This document shows, in pieces, positions 56,129 to 64,000 of a DNA stretch of 64,000 nt. The notes under the pieces are model-generated. The model saw nothing but the letters and a program-made list of their open reading frames with translations. It was not told where the DNA came from and did no database searches. The first letter of the stretch is position 1, and every line of letters begins with the position of its first letter. This stretch comes from a virus. The stretch covers positions 1 through 64,000 of the IMG/VR virus record IMGVR_UViG_3300034061_002572; one strand, given 5' to 3'. Position numbers and translations under genes: made by a program.

Positions 56129-59100
56129 TACCTAAGTGATATTTGATTCTTAGTATTTATCAGTTTGATTATCATATTTACTTTTCTTTCTTCAAGATCA
56201 ATTACTGGATCTTTTCGTAAGAATAAGAAATTTGTATAATGTCTAAACTTCTTTCTTTGTAATAATGGTTTATTATAATCTAAATTACTCTGATTAAGTT
56301 GTTTATCATATCCGTTTAGTGCTGTATTCCAAGGAACAATTTCTGTATAGTTTCCGGCTAATATAGTAGTATTTGGAATTAATGTTCCTGTTGGTGGATA
56401 TCCGGCTCCAACTGGAAACTCACCTCTATCTTTAGTTATATCCCAAAACTGATTAAATCTGTATTTCTGTTCTTCTTTAGAAAACAAAATATCAAATGAA
56501 TTTAAGTTACTATTTAGTTTAGGATACTGAAGACTAAGTGTTACATTATTCTTAGGAAAGATGTTTAAGTTCAAATATCCTGATACCTGTTCAGAGTTAA
56601 ATACAACAGCTGTATCAAAGTTATGATCAAGAACATGAAACTGATCAACAGGATTTGTTACTGATCTTTTATAACATTCAAGGATATACTCAACTGATCT
56701 TAATGTATTTACAGTTTGGCCTGATACAACAGGAACTTCAATTTCAAATGGATATGCAACACCATAGAAATTACAGTAATCAGTAAAGGATGCATCATGT
56801 TTCCATATACCAGTTCCTTTAACTGATAAGAATGATCTCTTTGAAGCAAGTGTTAAATCTGGATGCCAATCATGGAAACTGATCCAATACTTATTTTTAG
56901 GGTCAAAACTTATTGTCCAAGATGCATCCTGAAAATATGGGGCTTGTCCTAATTTAATAGGTGTACCTCTATATGTAAAGGTATTTGTAGATTCATTATA
57001 TACAAAGTCTGAGTTATCATATTCAGGTGGCACATAATAATCTTTCTTAGAAAAATAAACAATAGAGTTTTTATTATCATATATTGCTTGACATCCTATA
57101 CCTGCTACTGGATTATCTGTATGTGGATAGTTAGGAAATTTATCTGTAAGCTTATATGGTAAATAATAGTTAAACCACCACTTCATTCCATTTTGTGAGA
57201 TTTCAGTTAAACCATCACTATATGTAAAAATTTTACCTTGGTTCTGAGAAATATAATATAAACCAGCAGGAGTTGATATTATTCCATATCTATTTTGTGA
57301 TGATCCGTATTCATATGAATTTTCAGAAATAACAATGTTTTGTGGAGCTTGATTAAATAAACCTCCATCACCTAATGTTACTTTAGTTCCAGACTCAAGC
57401 TGTAACAGGTCTGTACCTTGATAAATAATAGGACTTGCATTTTTAAAAGTAATAAACATACCTGTTCTAGCAAAAGGCTTCACACTGTTTATGTCACTCT
57501 TAAATATTACATAATTTAAGGGAAGATATAAAAACCAAGAATCTTCAAATGATTCATTATCTTGAGGTAATGAATAAATTATTTTATTAGGTGCATAAAA
57601 ATAACACAATCTGGCTACTTGAGGATCATATGTTGTATCTTGAACTGTAGCATATGTAGTAAACTGATTAAACATGTTGTTTATGCTCAATGAATAATCA
57701 TAAGCATAATAATTACCTTTTGTAATTCTATTAGGATCTATATTAAATAAAAAGGCAAGATCCGTATATTTATACGGAATATATGGTCTTTGATAATCAA
57801 ATGTACCTGGATTTCTAAAATCAGTTATTACATCTGATTCTACAAAGAAATCTCTCACTCCTGAAGAAGCTAAATAGAAATATGAATCTCGTATACCAGA
57901 ACCAAATGTAGGTGGATAATTAAGTGTTGTATCTGTAGCTCTGTTATAGTTTCTATTATCCAACTTATAAAAATCAGTTGGCATAAAACCTGTACCAAAA
58001 GAAGGACCTGTAAAATAACTTATTAAGTTAGCAATATTTGTAGGGCTAAAGTTTATCCATGTAGCATCATACTTAAAGCTATTCATCCAGTACCTAGCTT
58101 GAGGTAACATTTGATAAAGAAAATAATTAAATTCAGTTCCATTTGGTACATCATATAACCAATTGTAAAAGAACAACATAGTATTCTTTTCTGTAAATCT
58201 TGTTATATAGGTATCACCTTTAAAAAGTAAATCTGTTGATGGAACTAGTCTTTGTTTTAATGTATAACTACAAAAACTAGATACAGTACTTTCAGGAATT
58301 GTATTAGGATCAAACTTAAATTCACAATCAGTGATAGGCAATTGTATAATTGTATTAATCAATCCATATTGATTCTTAAGTCTATATTTGATTCCTGCAT
58401 AGTGACTTGCAATAATTAAATCAGCTTGATGTGTAATATTATTATTAAAGTCAATACTGTATCCTAAATCATTAAGCATACCAATTGATGCTTGAGATTC
58501 ATCTATACTGTAACCACTTGGATTTAATAATAAATGAGGACCTGTTAATGTATTACCTGTTGATGCCGCAGATGTTCTTATGAGAACTGTTTTAGATCTC
58601 TTAATATTATTAATAACATATCTTATTGTATTACTTGCTGGATCTACATATTCTGGAACATCTTGTAATGAATCATAAAGATAAAAACCATTCTCCATTC
58701 TAAATCTGCGTAATTGATTAGGATCAGGTTTGTAGAATAATCTATAAAAACCATGAGAAATCAATTGCAATGCATACTGTCTAAATGGTAGGAATGCATA
58801 TATTACATCTAATGTAAGACCAACACCTTCAGAAAAATAATACAACCATTGCTGTACACCACCAAGTACAGATAATGCTGGAGGAAGTTGTTGTGATCCT
58901 GTAAGCTCACTTTGATAAATTATTGCATTATAAGTAGCTCTTGCAGTTAGCGAATCTTTATTATGTTTCTTAAATATATCTGCAACATCATTTTGTCCTG
59001 TTAGGGAATCTATAAAAAATTGACCAGTAGCAAAAGCACTTTGCCAATCAATATTCCATGCAGTATTAGCATTTGCTACATCAATCCCTGCTTGGTTATT

Positions 59101-61527
59101 TGTATTATCAACATTGTTTGTAGTATTCAATGTACCAGATGTACCAGATGTTCCTGATACAGTTGCAGGATAAACTCCTGGAATTAATGTTCCTGGAGTC
59201 ATTGTAAGACTTTGATCTTGTTCAATCTCATGTTGGCCTGTATAACCTCCTTGCGGATAGTTAATTTGTTTCTTACCACCAGTTGATAATAATGCATTTA
59301 TAAGACCACCTATTATCATATAAAATAAAGCTCCGTCTGATACTAATTTATTTGTTGGATGTTTGTCAGGTTGAATAAATTTTGTAGCAGCAGTTCCTTT
59401 TAGATAACCATAAAGTTTTAATTCTGTAGTTGATAAGTTAGGATTTCTAAAACTTGTATCAGGTGATGTAAATGTAACTAACTCTAAAGGTATGTTTTGA
59501 TTTAATACATTATCATTATTATCAACCTTCTTTATAAATGCATCATTATATAAGTAATTATGATCTCCAGGATTTGTCAATGTGTTTCCTGGAGGGATGA
59601 TACAGTTGTATGGATGATTTGGATATAATCCTACTTTACCTTGACCACCTGAACTTCCAAGAATATTATAGTCCTTAAGATTATTTATCATTCCTTTTGC
59701 AAGAATGCTTTTATTACCTTTTCTTGTACCTCTTAAAATTTCATAACCTACAATATTAGTTAAATCTTTTCCTGCTTCATCTTTAGGAAGAATAATATTA
59801 CTAAATCTTACTCCCATTATAATAATAGAATTTGTAATACCTAGATTAGTTTCGAAATGTGGAGATAACTCATTATCAGGAAACTTGTGATGTCTTATAT
59901 ATTGACCACATAGATCATAATAAAGTACAGGTTGTGTAAGATCTGGAAGCGGAACACCAGTCCAACAATTAGCAGATGAGTTCCAAACTTCTTCTTTATT
60001 GTCTGGATACTGTAATGAAGACTGCCAGTAAGCCATATCTCCATATGCTCTAAATATACCACCGTCAGGTAATACTGTTCCTGGAGTTCCAGAAACACTT
60101 GCTGTATTAAATGTTTCAAATACCATAGTATCTCCTGGCAAACTATCTCCATTAGTATAAGGAGCAGTTTCTAATAATGTTGTTGAAGTTCCAGGAATCT
60201 TAAAGTTTCTTGGTCCCCGTCCGGGAATATGATATGATGCAGACTTATCTCCTGTATTGTAAACCCATCTAATAAAGAAACAGTAAACTTCATCTCTTAG
60301 ATAACTAGTATTGGAACCACCCTTAATATAATAATCTTCGGGATACTCTACAGCAACCCACTCTGTCTTAATTAAGTTTGCTAATGGTTGATAATTAAAA
60401 TCAAACTTGGATGTTGGTCCTATTCTTAATAAATAGTTATTTACATCTACCATTTGATCTGATCTCTCATAAACTGGATTCTGTTCTCTTAAAGATAAAG
60501 AAGTTACAGCAGGTAGAGTTTCTTGTATCTGATCAATAAATATTTCAGTGAGTCTTGTTGAATAGTATCCAAATTGTTTTATAGATGTTTGTTCATCTAT
60601 AATTCTAACAATTACAAGTTCAAACTCATCAAAGTTTTCTTGATCCGCTTCTATTCTAACTAATAATGAGCCTTCTCTATCTCTTTCATTATATATAGGT
60701 TGGACATTACTTGGTGAATAATAATTAGTTACTCTATTGTTTTTAATACTATATGCTACTTGAGCATAGTAAGAACCATTTTGTAATGTTCCACTTCCTG
60801 CAGCAATTTCTAATGATACACAAGGTGTATGTACTATTCTAGCTAATAATAAAGCATTGCATTCTAATTTATTGTCATCTTCACAAATATTACAATTACC
60901 ATTAGTTACAGTACATATTTGTTCCCATTGTACACCAGGCCACAAGATTCTGTTACTTGAATTATCTATATACCAGTTAATGGTACTTGGAGAACCACTA
61001 CCTTGCCAGGTATATACATTAGGATTTGGCCATAACTTTGGATCTCCTATATTTAAATATTTATCCGGATTCAAACCATCTGCCCAATAGACTTGCCAAG
61101 AACAATCTTCTTTTAATCTAGATGCTCCAGATATAAGATTATACTTATTAAATTTTAAACAATTTTTATCTTGAACTATAATTCTATATAAACAACTATC
61201 TTCATCAAATAATCCTATCTCTGACCAGAAAGGTCTATCTAAGGTATCATATGAAACAGTAAAGACAACCCATTTATCACTAAAAAGATGAATTATACCT
61301 ATAATATGTTTACTCACTCCAGGAAGTAATTCACCAGCTTTAATACATAATTGATTTGATGCCTCATTAGATAATGTAGATATGTCACCTTCAATAGTAT
61401 TGTTAACTACATTTCGGGCATGTGTCCACATACCTTCATCTATGAAACTTGCATCATAATCTTTGTTAAGTCCTTTGGTTAAAGAATTAAGTTTATTGTT
61501 ATTTGATTCTTGTGTTTCCTTTGCCAT
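56128..61527 (-). CDS. tail stabilisation / muzzle-like protein (P22 gp10-like)
   Basis: 1799 aa, beta-rich; KGLNKD...NE start, RDEVYCFFIRW, IRHHKFP, WTISF...WISFHDWHP and CNFYG motifs recalled from crAss-like tail proteins. Confidence 0.8.
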   Translation of the reverse strand: MAKETQESNNNKLNSLTKGLNKDYDASFIDEGMWTHARNVVNNTIEGDISTLSNEASNQLCIKAGELLPGVSKHIIGIIHLFSDKWVVFTVSYDTLDRPFWSEIGLFDEDSCLYRIIVQDKNCLKFNKYNLISGASRLKEDCSWQVYWADGLNPDKYLNIGDPKLWPNPNVYTWQGSGSPSTINWYIDNSSNRILWPGVQWEQICTVTNGNCNICEDDNKLECNALLLARIVHTPCVSLEIAAGSGTLQNGSYYAQVAYSIKNNRVTNYYSPSNVQPIYNERDREGSLLVRIEADQENFDEFELVIVRIIDEQTSIKQFGYYSTRLTEIFIDQIQETLPAVTSLSLREQNPVYERSDQMVDVNNYLLRIGPTSKFDFNYQPLANLIKTEWVAVEYPEDYYIKGGSNTSYLRDEVYCFFIRWVYNTGDKSASYHIPGRGPRNFKIPGTSTTLLETAPYTNGDSLPGDTMVFETFNTASVSGTPGTVLPDGGIFRAYGDMAYWQSSLQYPDNKEEVWNSSANCWTGVPLPDLTQPVLYYDLCGQYIRHHKFPDNELSPHFETNLGITNSIIIMGVRFSNIILPKDEAGKDLTNIVGYEILRGTRKGNKSILAKGMINNLKDYNILGSSGGQGKVGLYPNHPYNCIIPPGNTLTNPGDHNYLYNDAFIKKVDNNDNVLNQNIPLELVTFTSPDTSFRNPNLSTTELKLYGYLKGTAATKFIQPDKHPTNKLVSDGALFYMIIGGLINALLSTGGKKQINYPQGGYTGQHEIEQDQSLTMTPGTLIPGVYPATVSGTSGTSGTLNTTNNVDNTNNQAGIDVANANTAWNIDWQSAFATGQFFIDSLTGQNDVADIFKKHNKDSLTARATYNAIIYQSELTGSQQLPPALSVLGGVQQWLYYFSEGVGLTLDVIYAFLPFRQYALQLISHGFYRLFYKPDPNQLRRFRMENGFYLYDSLQDVPEYVDPASNTIRYVINNIKRSKTVLIRTSAASTGNTLTGPHLLLNPSGYSIDESQASIGMLNDLGYSIDFNNNITHQADLIIASHYAGIKYRLKNQYGLINTIIQLPITDCEFKFDPNTIPESTVSSFCSYTLKQRLVPSTDLLFKGDTYITRFTEKNTMLFFYNWLYDVPNGTEFNYFLYQMLPQARYWMNSFKYDATWINFSPTNIANLISYFTGPSFGTGFMPTDFYKLDNRNYNRATDTTLNYPPTFGSGIRDSYFYLASSGVRDFFVESDVITDFRNPGTFDYQRPYIPYKYTDLAFLFNIDPNRITKGNYYAYDYSLSINNMFNQFTTYATVQDTTYDPQVARLCYFYAPNKIIYSLPQDNESFEDSWFLYLPLNYVIFKSDINSVKPFARTGMFITFKNASPIIYQGTDLLQLESGTKVTLGDGGLFNQAPQNIVISENSYEYGSSQNRYGIISTPAGLYYISQNQGKIFTYSDGLTEISQNGMKWWFNYYLPYKLTDKFPNYPHTDNPVAGIGCQAIYDNKNSIVYFSKKDYYVPPEYDNSDFVYNESTNTFTYRGTPIKLGQAPYFQDASWTISFDPKNKYWISFHDWHPDLTLASKRSFLSVKGTGIWKHDASFTDYCNFYGVAYPFEIEVPVVSGQTVNTLRSVEYILECYKRSVTNPVDQFHVLDHNFDTAVVFNSEQVSGYLNLNIFPKNNVTLSLQYPKLNSNLNSFDILFSKEEQKYRFNQFWDITKDRGEFPVGAGYPPTGTLIPNTTILAGNYTEIVPWNTALNGYDKQLNQSNLDYNKPLLQRKKFRHYTNFLFLRKDPVIDLEERKVNMIIKLINTKNQISLR

Positions 61528-61529
61528 AA

Positions 61530-62573
61530 CTATACAATTCTATTACTTACCGCTCTTCTATAATATTGATTGTTAGGTAAATGAGATTTAAACATATCAT
61601 AGTATTTTGCATACTGTGATTTTCTATTAGTCCACCAGAGTTTCTCCATTTCTTTGAAATTAGGTGTATTAACTAAACTTAATGCATTGTTTCTTGCTGC
61701 TTTGTATTCAGGAACAATAATCTGTAATCTCTGCGCTACATCTTCACCATTTAAGGCAAGGTTTTCAATTATTCTTTTCTTTAAAGCATACTCATAGTAT
61801 TCATTAAGTAATGCATGATCAGGAACAAGTAATTGTCCTTGTTCATCTTCTAATTCTCCTTGATAGTTTAAATAAACTTTACCTGTTTCAAATGTTGTAA
61901 ATAAATAGCCTCCTTTTATCCATCCTTCATTATAAGTATTGTAATATAGATTAGGACATTCGCATTCTATATTCTGACTTGATTTCATTCTTAAAGGAAG
62001 TAAAGTTTTATAGATTCTAGTAAGTCCTGGGTTAATTACTTGGACAAGTTCATACTTTTCTCCTTTACAATTCATAAATACTCTTGGAGGAATACATGTG
62101 TCACCATATGGATTATTAGGATCATATGATGTAGGTATAGGATCTACTATAGGATGATTAAGATCGCAAGCTGCAGTTTTATTACATGGATTAGAATTAC
62201 ATGTTCTACAATTAACTGTAATAGGAGCACAAGTATCTACTGTACTTGGAAATTCCTTATATGGAATTTCTTGTATATTTGTTCCTCCTTGCATTCCTCC
62301 ATATCCAACTCTTTCTTCAAACTCTCCACAAATCATTCCGTAATTCCATACATAAAAATCATCTGGTAATTTTACTTTATTATGACATACTTCAACAATA
62401 ACTTCTTTGGTTTGATTTAATCTAAGACCCAACTCATAGTTTAGTTTTCTTACCAACTTAATAAGTTGTTGAGGCTCTATCATATTTTCTAGAGCAAATG
62501 TATTTAAGTCAATAGTAACATCTTCCAGCAACTGGTCAAAGGTTCTGTATTTAAGAGTATAATTAAAATCCAT
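61530..62573 (-). CDS. putative tail ring/adaptor protein with Cys-rich insert
   Basis: KLPDDF, GKVYLNY..., DEQGQLLVPD and EYYEYAL motifs; lies upstream of the stabilisation gene. Confidence 0.65.
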   Translation of the reverse strand: MDFNYTLKYRTFDQLLEDVTIDLNTFALENMIEPQQLIKLVRKLNYELGLRLNQTKEVIVEVCHNKVKLPDDFYVWNYGMICGEFEERVGYGGMQGGTNIQEIPYKEFPSTVDTCAPITVNCRTCNSNPCNKTAACDLNHPIVDPIPTSYDPNNPYGDTCIPPRVFMNCKGEKYELVQVINPGLTRIYKTLLPLRMKSSQNIECECPNLYYNTYNEGWIKGGYLFTTFETGKVYLNYQGELEDEQGQLLVPDHALLNEYYEYALKKRIIENLALNGEDVAQRLQIIVPEYKAARNNALSLVNTPNFKEMEKLWWTNRKSQYAKYYDMFKSHLPNNQYYRRAVSNRIV

Positions 62574-63235
62574 TATCTTAAGTTATTTTGGCTATCATCT
62601 GCACCATCAGATGGTATATTGATTGCCATGGTTAATTCTTTAACAACAAATTGTTCAACTTCAGAAAACAAATATTCAGGAATATTTAATGGTTGATCTT
62701 GTTGAATTTGACAAGGATCCGTATCACAGTTTTCAGTATTGTTTTCAAATATTGCTTCTATTCTTACGGCATCCCAATCAATATTTGGAGCATACAAGTA
62801 TCCATTAAGATACCAGAAGTAAGGTCTTTTATTATATTTAAAAGTTGTTGACTTACTAATAGATATCCAAGTTCCCGGATCTGTTCTAAACATTTCAATA
62901 GAACCATCTATTGAAGATACAGTACGAATAATAGGTCCAAACATTCCATTTAAAATACTAGGAAGTTTATCCTTTGATCTTTTAAAATAACATTCTGAAT
63001 ATACACCTACACAACCGGCTTCTATTTTATCAACATCAATAAGTTCTACGTATGGTAAAACTTGAAAGATTTGACTCATCTTCATTAGTCTAAACTGATT
63101 GTCTTCTCTTTTAATTAATGTTTGAGAATACTTCATCAAGGAAAAGTAAATAGTCCGGTCTGTTAAAAACGGATCTTCCTTTACAGCTTTTAAAGTATTC
63201 CTCACTCTTGATATTGCTTCACCTATTGTTGTCAT
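62573..63235 (-). CDS. putative tail tubular/ring protein
   Basis: PYFWYLNGYLY, AIFEN and terminal D-DD motif; synteny with crAss-like ring genes. Confidence 0.65.
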   Translation of the reverse strand: MTTIGEAISRVRNTLKAVKEDPFLTDRTIYFSLMKYSQTLIKREDNQFRLMKMSQIFQVLPYVELIDVDKIEAGCVGVYSECYFKRSKDKLPSILNGMFGPIIRTVSSIDGSIEMFRTDPGTWISISKSTTFKYNKRPYFWYLNGYLYAPNIDWDAVRIEAIFENNTENCDTDPCQIQQDQPLNIPEYLFSEVEQFVVKELTMAINIPSDGADDSQNNLR

Positions 63236-63813
63236 AAGTCAAATTCATTATATGTAGTCAAAGACTTTTTAGTCTCATACTCAGCTCTATTTTTATAGTA
63301 ACCTTTACTATATGTTGTATTTAATTTTTTTGTAGAATCTATAGCAACATACATATTCCAATTTTCTGCATATGACTTTGCTACACTTCTTTTAAATTCT
63401 CTGCATGCTACAAAACTCCAAAATTCTCTATTCTTTATTTTGTGTTTTGGAGCAAAATTGGTAAAAAAGATTTTGGCCAGTTTACCATCTGTGTCAAAAT
63501 TATTATTAGTAACAGTTACTCCATACTTTAGTGACTTTGCAAAATCAACATTTCTTTTTTTACTTTGCTCGCAACTTCCTATAAATAACCAACCTATTTG
63601 ATCAGGTAATTGAATCCCATCTCTGTTGTCAATTACATTCTGATACACTGCTGTATTAAAGGTTTTTATAATAGTCTTTATCACAGCTTTATCCAGGTTT
63701 TTATATTCTGGATAACTTAATTTAAATTTATCAAAGAACTCTTGATTTAAAATACTGTGTACTTCAGGCCTAAATCTAGGTGCTTTTACGTCTGGTTTTT
63801 TAAATTCCTTCAT
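63232..63813 (-). CDS. IHF/HU-like conserved crAss-type protein
   Basis: GIQLPDQIGWLFI, VDFAKS and FVACREFKR motifs; position before the ring genes. Confidence 0.55.
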   Translation of the reverse strand: MKEFKKPDVKAPRFRPEVHSILNQEFFDKFKLSYPEYKNLDKAVIKTIIKTFNTAVYQNVIDNRDGIQLPDQIGWLFIGSCEQSKKRNVDFAKSLKYGVTVTNNNFDTDGKLAKIFFTNFAPKHKIKNREFWSFVACREFKRSVAKSYAENWNMYVAIDSTKKLNTTYSKGYYKNRAEYETKKSLTTYNEFDL

Positions 63814-63816
63814 ATT

Positions 63817-63827
63817 AATATACTAAA
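63817..63827 (-). promoter_or_regulatory. candidate late promoter TTTAGTATATT
   Basis: Identical to 53665-53675; lies between a terminator and the ATG at 63813. Confidence 0.5.
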
Positions 63828-63853
63828 AATAAATGACTTTAACAAATGTAAGT

Positions 63854-63888
63854 AAAAAACAAAACCCCCACAAGTGTGAGGGCTTTGC
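63854..63888 (-). terminator. intrinsic terminator
   Basis: Minus strand reads CAAAGCCCTCAC-ACTT-GTGGGGGTTTTG-TTTTTT. Confidence 0.8.
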
Positions 63889-63939
63889 TGTTGTTGTCAC
63901 AGAAACCAACAAACCTGCAACATTTTTTTGTATTTTAAT

Positions 63940-64000
63940 TTAAGCTGGAACTTCATAAAGCTTTCCCCATGTTTCAATTGAAGCTATAACAAGTGTATTA
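63940..64000 (-). CDS. 3' end of a gene truncated by the window (...NTLVIASIETWGKLYEVPA*)
   Basis: Open frame from the window edge to TAA at 63940-63942, followed by a terminator. Confidence 0.55.
   Translation of the reverse strand, partial: NTLVIASIETWGKLYEVPA

Noticed and set aside
19516-62369. Many 60-115 aa ORFs antisense to or nested in long genes (also in the + arm, e.g. 9973-10323, 18132-18407)
   Set aside because: They are shadow frames with S/F/L/I-rich composition that lie fully inside well-supported genes.
1-64000. Stop-codon reassignment (TAG to Gln or TGA to Trp), as in some crAss-like phages
   Set aside because: Genes up to 12 kb are uninterrupted in the standard code, and TAG/TGA end genes at tight junctions (e.g. 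dnaB TAG, RNAP TAG-TAA, TGATG overlaps).
1-64000. CRISPR array, tRNA or rRNA genes
   Set aside because: Intergenic gaps are under about 130 bp; no repeat-spacer pattern or cloverleaf was seen by eye.

Overview
About 64 kb of an AT-rich (roughly 30% GC by eye), densely coding phage genome with crAss-like (Crassvirales-type) hallmarks. The TAnnTTTG promoter elements suggest a Bacteroidota host. The standard genetic code fits. There are two convergent arms. The + arm (1-19.2 kb) covers DNA repair, replication and recombination: the C-terminus of a spore-photoproduct-lyase-like protein, a NinB-like protein, uracil-DNA glycosylase, DnaB-like helicase, Sak4/AAA_24 ATPase, putative SSB, primase, a GIY-YIG nuclease, a DUF6878-like/DUF6915-like pair, a zincin-vWA + MoxR-like AAA pair, a PD-(D/E)XK exonuclease, family B DNA polymerase, a DUF932-like protein and a MazG-like pyrophosphatase. 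The - arm (19.2-64 kb) covers virion genes: an IHF-like protein, tail ring and stabilisation proteins, several putative cargo proteins and three giant putative ejected proteins, including a 4115-aa virion RNA polymerase (RIP and DFDVD motifs). Most interesting observations: (1) accessory enzyme domains on the giant proteins (nucleotidyltransferase and SLOG-like on the RNAP, a PD-(D/E)XK nuclease, LysM, zincins); (2) a recurring xxxGG motif and a duplicated module in cargo proteins; (3) a helical motif shared by three unrelated proteins, two of which flank the vWA-MoxR pair; (4) strong CpG depletion that spares CCGG; (5) a repeated TAAAC-N7-GTTTA palindrome and an 11-bp candidate late promoter; (6) a 46-aa basic gene missed by the ORF track. 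All family assignments come from motif recognition by eye; no database searches were run.
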